Assembly: GCA_039798785.1 (NCBI GenBank)
Contig: JBDKFG010000012.1
Location: 12,221-76,220 of the forward strand
Reading direction: 5' to 3'
Origin: Verrucomicrobiota bacterium
GTDB lineage: Bacteria; Verrucomicrobiota; Lentisphaeria; Lentisphaerales; Lentisphaeraceae
DNA: 64,000 bases
In this document: positions 57,823-64,000 of the stretch, piece by piece
Layout: each line of letters opens with the position of its first letter
Numbering within the stretch: the first letter of the stretch is position 1
Program-made: the position numbers and the translations under genes
Notes under the pieces: model-generated
The model's database searches: none
Told to the model about the DNA's origin: nothing
What the model saw: only the letters and a program-made list of their open reading frames with translations

Positions 57823-58036
57823 CGGCAGATTCCTGTTTAGAGTTTGATTGCCCCCTAAGCTAGAGTATCTTCGCAGGAATTCCTCGGGGTTTTTGAGTTG
57901 AACCGGGCTGAAAGGTTGAAAGATGCGCAGCAAAAAACAAATGACCCTCCATACGAAGCGGCGCTCCCTTTCGCCTCCTCCCCCAGTCTTGGCGGGTGCC
58001 GCAAGCATTCAATCTTTCAACTTCGGCCCCTAGATC

Positions 58037-59008
58037 ATGTATCCCCTCATCCTCCGTTCCGTGCTGCAGAGCACCCCCTGGGGGGGCAACCGCCTCTCGG
58101 CCTACGGCCGCGTCGTCCCCGCCGGCGCCGGCGGCCGCTCCCGCGAAATCTTCCACGACGCCGACGGCGCCTCGCCCGAAATCCTCAACGGCCCCTGGGC
58201 CGGACGCCGCCTCGCCGAACTCGTCGCCGAACAGGGAGAAGCCCTGATCGGCAGCCGCCACAAGCCCGGTGAGCCCTTCCCCCTCAGCGTCTCCTACCTC
58301 GACACCGCCAGCCCCACCGCGATCATCGTCCACCCCGACGAACGCGCCGCCGAACTCCAGGACGCCGACGCCAAGACCGAAAGCCTCTTCATCGTCGAAG
58401 CCGAACCGGGAGCGCAGATCTGGGCCGGCCTCCGCCCCGACAAGCTGCAGCACCAGTTCGTCTCCCGCATCGGCACCGACGAGCTGATCTCCTGCCTGAA
58501 AGCCTGGCCGGTGCAGCCCGGCGACGCCTGCTTCATCCCGGCGGGACGGGTCCACTGCATCGGCGGCGGCATCCTCGCGGTCGAGATCTCGCAAAACAGC
58601 GCCTCCGACTGGCGCCTGCACGACTGGAACCGCCCGGGACTCGACGGCGACCTGCGCCCGCTTCATCTCGAGGAAGGCCTCGCCGCCACCAACTTCAAGG
58701 ACCGCGGCCTGGCGGTGATCCGCGCCGACGTCTCGCCGGTGACCCGCAACAAGCGCCAGAACCTGAGCTTCTGCCGCCACTTCACCGTCGAGCGCATCCG
58801 CCTCGCCGAGGACTTCTACTCCGCCACCAGCCCGAAATCCTTCCAGATCCTGATCAACCTCGGCGACGCCCTGCCCCTGCGCCACGGCGGCGGCGAATTG
58901 ATCCTCACCAAAGGCACCACCGTGCTCCTCCCCGCCAGCCTCGGCTCCTACTCGCTCCACCCCGCCAGCCAAGGCGAAATCCTCCGCGCCGCCCTCGAAC
59001 TGGCCTGA
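58037..59008 (+). CDS. manA: Type I phosphomannose isomerase family protein
   Basis: 'WGGNRL', 'FPL..YLD', 'VHPD', 'KTE', 'IPAGRVHCIG', 'EISQNS..WRLHDW', 'RPLH'. Confidence 0.85.
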   Translation: MYPLILRSVLQSTPWGGNRLSAYGRVVPAGAGGRSREIFHDADGASPEILNGPWAGRRLAELVAEQGEALIGSRHKPGEPFPLSVSYLDTASPTAIIVHPDERAAELQDADAKTESLFIVEAEPGAQIWAGLRPDKLQHQFVSRIGTDELISCLKAWPVQPGDACFIPAGRVHCIGGGILAVEISQNSASDWRLHDWNRPGLDGDLRPLHLEEGLAATNFKDRGLAVIRADVSPVTRNKRQNLSFCRHFTVERIRLAEDFYSATSPKSFQILINLGDALPLRHGGGELILTKGTTVLLPASLGSYSLHPASQGEILRAALELA

Positions 59009-59009
59009 G

Positions 59010-59305
59010 CGACTGCGGGTTGCCGGCCTGCCGCTTGTTTTGCGCTCGTCGCGAAGCGCTTCGCGACGAACAGCCGAGCAACAAAGCGAAAATGCCTCTT
59101 CCGGTGGCCTGGACGGGATTTAGGTCGAAAAGATCCGGGTGCAGAAACCGGCAAACCATTGGTGCTTCCCTCAAACGTCACCGCGTAGCGGTCGAAGCTG
59201 GCATAGCCGTGGGCATCGCCCACGGATTTGAGCACGAAATCGATTCGCCTCGCGGAGCGAGCGCAGGGCTTTTGCGCTGGTCGCGGAATTTTGAGGGAGG
59301 CATCA
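59010..59305. repeat. Cluster of palindromic REP-like units
   Basis: cgtcgcgaagcgcttcgcgacg (~59047-59068), ATAG-CCGTGGGC-ATC-GCCCACGG (59203-59225), and the inverted pair 59163-59175 / 59290-59302. Confidence 0.65.
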
Positions 59306-59511
59306 ATTTTAGTCCCGGCGCTTATTTCCGTTCAGCGGCCTCTGGAGCCAGTCGAACTTGTAGGAATTGGCGCTTGGAGCTAAGCTCCGCTATGCAAAAC
59401 GGCTCCTTCACCTTCTGCTTCTGCTGCTGGCCCCGATTTTCGGGCCCGGAGCTGCCGCGCCCCCTGCCGCCGGACAAGAGCCGGGTGTGACGCCAAAAAC
59501 AAGGAGACATT

Positions 59512-60801
59512 ATGAAATCACAAACTGGCAATTCGAATCGCAAGCTAAAGAAATGGCTTCTCGCATTTCTGCTGTCGCTCAGCCCATGCCTTCTCTCCCA
59601 AACGTCGGCGAATAAACAAGATAATCCTGACGAGCTCCGGGAAAAATTAATCACTGAGTATTTAAACGGCGATGCCGTATCGAAGGTTTTTGCGCAAGCT
59701 GAACTTTGTCGAATCAGGCCAAAGATTCAAGATTATTTGATTGATCACCTTGATGATAAGGATAAGAACATCTCGGAATTATGTAAAAAAATTATGACAT
59801 ACGATAACCCCGGCTGTCAATATATTTTTGATCAAGAGATACCAAGCTTTGAGCTTAATAAAGAGCCTTTGGATCTGGCTATCTCAAAGATTATTAAATC
59901 TGCTAGAAGTATTGATCCAGAGAAGCGCGGTTTGAGTTATTTAATGGTTCAAGATATAACTGATAAATCATCAAAAATATCAATTGAAAAACAAAGCGGT
60001 TCATTTGTTAAATTGTTGAAGTCAATTCTTGTTAATACAGGCATGCGTTTCTTAATCCACAATGGGACTCTAGAAATCTATAGCCTGCAGATGCCTAGAG
60101 AAGAAAAATTTAATGAAAAACTATTCCTTGAAGTGAAAGAGAGGATAAAAATTATAATTTCGACCCAAGATGTCCTTGCCGCGGATCGAGAACCTGTCAA
60201 GTGGATAGAAGAAAACCGAGATAAGATCGAAGAATATTTATTTATGTTTAAAAGCTCTGGGATACCCAGAATCGAATCCGTTATCTCAGGGGGGCGAGGC
60301 GGTTGTAATATGTCTTCACGAGTGCCTTATATCAAATTTGAGGACGCAAAATTGGAAGATATCCTTGAGGACTTGGCTAAAAAAATGCAGGCCTCGGATC
60401 CGGATAAAAAAATCATTAAATGGAATATAGATGGAGACAGAAAGAGCTTTGTTGAGCCTTTAATGAGTGGCGAACTTAATGATCTTTCAATATATGAATT
60501 TATGGATATTATTTGTCGCGCAAATAGGGCCACTTGGCGAGCTGAAGACTGCCTTGTTGTTACCCGACAACCGATCGCAGAAGAAATCATAAAATCACAA
60601 AAAATTAAAATTGAGAATTTCGAAAAAGAACTACTTCAAGCATCTAATTTAGGGCCAAAAATTCGGCGCAATTTTAAGGGCGCATGTTCGCAGATCAACC
60701 TCGTTAAAAAACATCTTAATGATCCCGATCCTGAAATCCAAGCTCTATGCAAGGACATAATCGATGCCTGGTATACCATACTAAGATCAGCACCGGAATA
60801 A
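59512..60801 (+). CDS. AT-rich secreted protein with two secretin-N-like domains alternating with HEAT-like modules
   Basis: AGGAG RBS and signal peptide. 'IPSFEL..ARSIDPEKRGL' and 'VPYIKFEDAKLEDI..SDPDKK' resemble the secretin N-domains. Also 'HLNDPDPEIQ'. Confidence 0.7.
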   Translation: MKSQTGNSNRKLKKWLLAFLLSLSPCLLSQTSANKQDNPDELREKLITEYLNGDAVSKVFAQAELCRIRPKIQDYLIDHLDDKDKNISELCKKIMTYDNPGCQYIFDQEIPSFELNKEPLDLAISKIIKSARSIDPEKRGLSYLMVQDITDKSSKISIEKQSGSFVKLLKSILVNTGMRFLIHNGTLEIYSLQMPREEKFNEKLFLEVKERIKIIISTQDVLAADREPVKWIEENRDKIEEYLFMFKSSGIPRIESVISGGRGGCNMSSRVPYIKFEDAKLEDILEDLAKKMQASDPDKKIIKWNIDGDRKSFVEPLMSGELNDLSIYEFMDIICRANRATWRAEDCLVVTRQPIAEEIIKSQKIKIENFEKELLQASNLGPKIRRNFKGACSQINLVKKHLNDPDPEIQALCKDIIDAWYTILRSAPE

Positions 60802-61035
60802 GAGAGAAGTGGCTCTGCGCTTCCATAGGCCGCCCCAATTCACTCCTTCTTCCTTCTTCTCTCCAAGGAAAGACTTCAGCCGAGCCTCGGCACTACGTAC
60901 TGCTTGACCACGTTAGCGGGGCGCAGTACGCGCCCAAATGCGCTCGATCAGGACTCGCACCCGACCAAAAAACCTTCCTTCGTGCGCTTCGTGTCTTCGT
61001 GGTGAATGGGGCTCCGTCGAGCGCCATTTCTACTC

Positions 61036-61836
61036 TCAATACAAGACGTTGGCGAGGAAATTGCACAGGGTGTCGAGGATGATCACCCAGAAGAGTCCGG
61101 TGACCATGGCGGAGGTGGTGCCGCGGCCGACGCCGAGGGCGTCGCCGGAGGCTTGCGCTCCCCGCAAGCAGCCGATGATGGCGATGGCGACGGCGAAGGC
61201 CATCGACTTGACCAGGCCTTCGCCGAGATGGGCGAGGGTGACGGCGTCGCCGACGCGTTGGCAGTAGACCGCGGCGGGCAGCTTGCACATCAGGGCGGCG
61301 ACGAGGAAGCCGCCGAGCAGGCCGGCGAGGCTGCCGATGAGGGTCAGCACCGGCTGCACCACGATCATCCCGAGGATTTTCGGGGCGCTGAGGAAGCGGT
61401 GCGGCTCGAGGCCGAAGGTGGTGAGGGCGTCGAGCTCGTCGTTGCCCTTCATCGTGCCGATCTCGGCGGCGAAGGCGGAGCCGCTGCGGCCGGTGGCGAT
61501 GATCGCCACCATCAGGGGGCCGAACTCCTTCACCATTGCGACCCCGATCGAGTCGCACAGGTAGACTTCGGAGCCGAGCTTCATCAGCTGCAGTCCGGCG
61601 TTGTAGGCGAGGACGACGCCGACCAGGAGGCAGATGAGGAAGACGATGGGGACGGCGCGGGTGCCGCAGTTATCCATGACGTAGACCACTTCGCGCCAGC
61701 GGGCCCGGCGCGGGTGGCGCAGGGCGTCCCACACCGCTTCGCCGGCGGAACCGGCGAAGGCGATTGCCTGGCGGATGCGGCCGAACTTGTCGGCGGCGGT
61801 GTCGCCGAGGAATCCGGCGGCCTTGAGGATCGGCAT
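61036..61836 (-). CDS. mlaE: MlaE-family ABC permease
   Basis: 'KEFGPLMVAIIATGRSGSAFAAEIGTMK..ELDAL', 'GVGRGTTSAMV'. Confidence 0.9.
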   Translation of the reverse strand: MPILKAAGFLGDTAADKFGRIRQAIAFAGSAGEAVWDALRHPRRARWREVVYVMDNCGTRAVPIVFLICLLVGVVLAYNAGLQLMKLGSEVYLCDSIGVAMVKEFGPLMVAIIATGRSGSAFAAEIGTMKGNDELDALTTFGLEPHRFLSAPKILGMIVVQPVLTLIGSLAGLLGGFLVAALMCKLPAAVYCQRVGDAVTLAHLGEGLVKSMAFAVAIAIIGCLRGAQASGDALGVGRGTTSAMVTGLFWVIILDTLCNFLANVLY

Positions 61837-61844
61837 CGGCGACC

Positions 61845-62339
61845 TCAGCGCAGTTTCGGCAGGACGCGGGCGAGCAGTTCGTCGGCGGCCTTGGCCAGGG
61901 CGGCGGCCTGGTCCCGCGGGCTGTCGCCGGCGAGCGGCACGCTGATGTCCTCGATCAACTTCTGCTTGTGGTCGCCGCGGCGGATCTCGACGGCGCAGGC
62001 GAGCCGGGCCGATCCGCCGCCGCATTCGAAGGCGAGCAGCTGCAGGCGCAGCTCGGGGCCCTCGCCGGCGCCGCAGCTGAGGCGGAAATGGCGGCTGAGG
62101 AGCTCTTCCGGGGGCAAGGCCCAACGCTCGAACTCCGACTCCTTCAGCACCCCGTCGGCACCGCGGCGGAGCAGGCGCAAGCGGGTCGGGCTGGCGTTGT
62201 CGGCGAGGATCTTGCCGAGCTTGGGCGCCTCGGCCGCGGCTTTTGGCAAGCCGAGGTCGTGCAAGGCGACGGGGTGGAAGGAGCCGCCGAGGCAGGAGGG
62301 AAGAACGAGCAGGGCGGCGAGCAGAAGGGCGTGACGCAT
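61845..62339 (-). CDS. PqiC-like / ABC transport auxiliary lipoprotein
   Basis: Lipobox 'VLPSC', 'RWALPPEELL', and position directly upstream of mlaE. Confidence 0.7.
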   Translation of the reverse strand: MRHALLLAALLVLPSCLGGSFHPVALHDLGLPKAAAEAPKLGKILADNASPTRLRLLRRGADGVLKESEFERWALPPEELLSRHFRLSCGAGEGPELRLQLLAFECGGGSARLACAVEIRRGDHKQKLIEDISVPLAGDSPRDQAAALAKAADELLARVLPKLR

Positions 62340-62411
62340 GGCGGATCTCCGGAATTGAATGAGGTCACCCGGGAGCTTGCCGGGAGACGGCGGGAAATCA
62401 AGGGGCGCAAG

Positions 62412-62990
62412 CACGAGTATCCAAGGATAATCATTTTTGACCTTCGCTCCTGCTGCTCGACCCCTTGCGGGTCGCAGATGGTAGCCCAGGGTCGCCTCGA
62501 CCCTGGGTAGGAGGCAAAAATGAGTTCCGACCCCTTGCGGGTCGCACAGCCCCGCAAGGGGTCGAGCAACAGAGTTCGGCAGAATCCAGACCGGAAGTTT
62601 TCGACGTGTGCAAGACCAAAACAAGCACAAGCAAGCACGGATTTGTTGGGTATGGCCGCTCGTCGCGAAGCGACGGTGTGAGTGTAGCCGGGGGTTTTAA
62701 CCCCCGGATAGGATCGCAAGGGAATTGCCGTCGCGAAGCGACAGGATGACATTTCGGCGATGGCGACGCAAACGGCATCCCCACGCGCATCCGTCACCGC
62801 GTCGCTGCCGCGACGCCGAATTCCTCGCCACGCGCACCGGGGGTTGAAACCCCCGGCTACAATCACTCCGTCGCTGCGCGACGAGCTGCAGAGCGCCAAC
62901 TCAAACTGTGCTCGATCTGGACTTGCACAGACCGGAAGTTTTTTCGCAGGTTTCCTGCATGACTCGTGAGGTATCTTTGGGATACGCGTG
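62412..62990. mobile_element. Composite MITE-like element with imperfect TIRs, 10-bp direct repeats and a nested REPIN
   Basis: GGGGCGCAAG occurs at 62402-62411 and 62991-63000. TIRs are cacgagtatccaaggata and tatctttgggatacgcgtg. GTAG-REPs lie at 62481, 62684 and (inverted) 62837-62860. Confidence 0.8.
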
Positions 62991-63069
62991 GGGGCGCAAG
63001 CCAGAATCACGCCGCTCTTGCCATCTGCGTCGATCCGGGACTAGATTGACCCGGAAGGAATCCTAACTC

Positions 63070-63720
63070 ATGACCATCACCTTGTCGCCGCGGAACATCG
63101 CCCTCTCCGTCCTCGCCGTGACCCTTCTCGGCTGGCTCCTCTGGCCGGCCGGGGATCCGCTCTGGCCGGTGGCGAAGCTGCCGCAGGCGCCGACGAGAGT
63201 GGTGGTCTTCGGCGACAGCCTGACCACCGGCTACCAGTTGCACGATGCGCAGAAATCCTTCCCGCTCCAGCTCGGCCGGCGCCTCGGCCTGCCGGTTCAA
63301 GTGGAGGGAATCAACGGCTGCACCCTGCCGGCTGGTGAGGAGCGCTTGGAGCGCCTGGACTTCGGCCCGCCCTGCCTGGTGCTGGTCTGCCTCGGCGGCA
63401 ACGACCAGTTGCGCGGGGTCGATCCGAAGCGCAGCGCCGCCGCCTTGGAGGCGATCCTCGGTCGCTTGCGCGCCAAGGGCCACGCCGTCGCCTTCGTCGA
63501 GGTGCTGGCGCCTTTCAGCGGCCGCAAGAAGGAATGGCGCCGGATCTGCCGGGAACAGCAGGTGGCCTTGGCGCCGGATGTCATGGACGGGTTCTTTTCC
63601 GATCCCGAAAAAATGCAGCCCGACAACATCCATCCCAACGAAATCGGCTGTGCCCTCCTGGCCGAGCGGACGCACCGGGCCCTGCTTCGCTTCGGCCTGC
63701 TCGAGGGGTCCAAGCCCTAG
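63070..63720 (+). CDS. GDSL/SGNH hydrolase (TesA/arylesterase-like)
   Basis: 'FGDSLT.G', 'GING', 'LGGND', 'DNIHPN'. Confidence 0.92.
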   Translation: MTITLSPRNIALSVLAVTLLGWLLWPAGDPLWPVAKLPQAPTRVVVFGDSLTTGYQLHDAQKSFPLQLGRRLGLPVQVEGINGCTLPAGEERLERLDFGPPCLVLVCLGGNDQLRGVDPKRSAAALEAILGRLRAKGHAVAFVEVLAPFSGRKKEWRRICREQQVALAPDVMDGFFSDPEKMQPDNIHPNEIGCALLAERTHRALLRFGLLEGSKP

Positions 63721-63918
63721 TTTGAACCTAAAAACCGCAGTTGAAAGGTTGGAAGGTTCAAAGGTTGTAATGTTTAGCTACAACAGGAATAGGTAATGAG
63801 GAGCGACTTAAGCCAGCAAGGACGAAAAATGCTCATAAATATTCGAATTAACTATTGGACAAGCGAATTTTTTATCCTATTTATTAGCCACTGGCACTCA
63901 TCTCGTCGGAGGCAAGTC

Positions 63919-64000
63919 ATGGCTGACCAGAAAATAGCGACCGAACACTTTAGCCGTGAACGCCCAGGCGTAGTCCACCTGTGGTCAAATGCCGCCAACG
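63919..64000 (+). CDS. Start of a probable CDS running off the window (MADQKIATEHF...)
   Basis: GGAGG RBS upstream of the ATG at 63919, with the frame open to the window end. Confidence 0.5.
   Translation, partial: MADQKIATEHFSRERPGVVHLWSNAAN

Noticed and set aside
62144..63010. ORFs across the repeat elements (also 44132-44467 and 2196-2690) as transposases
   Set aside because: No HUH/Y1 or DDE motifs. They are translations of palindromic repeats.
63891..63917. CIRCE-like operator CTGGCACTC-N9-GAGGCAAG
   Set aside because: The right arm is a poor match and coincides with the GGAGG RBS. The downstream gene is not recognisable as a chaperone.

Overview
A high-GC bacterial window, probably PVC superphylum and Lentisphaerota-like. 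This assignment is inferred from K/R-FTLIE prepilins, an ECF sigma/Ser-Thr kinase pair, DUF6288-like proteins and an Amuc_1098-1102-like cluster. Housekeeping genes include fusA paralog, fabI, guaB, maf, pabB, queA, cmoA-like, ftsK, manA and mlaE. The main highlight is a ~13 kb minus-strand operon resembling the Akkermansia Amuc_1102-1098 pilus-like locus. It carries THREE tandem full-length secretin paralogs with a shared C-terminal G(L/I)PDF(K/N)R(L/I) motif, followed by a membrane protein with about 15 Thr-x-x-hydrophobic motifs. Two barrel-less proteins built from the same secretin N-domains and a pilin pair lie elsewhere in the window. A second highlight is a divergent ECF sigma / TPR-LRR kinase pair. 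A GTCAAA-N14-G(G/T)CAT(A/C)C motif lies upstream of three neighbouring genes, and one copy was apparently captured by phoD together with the first ten codons of a prepilin gene. A third highlight is a set of nested GTAG-REP/REPIN/MITE-like elements with target-site-like duplications. No rRNA, tRNA, CRISPR array or transposase gene was seen. All family assignments come from motif recognition by eye, not from database searches.
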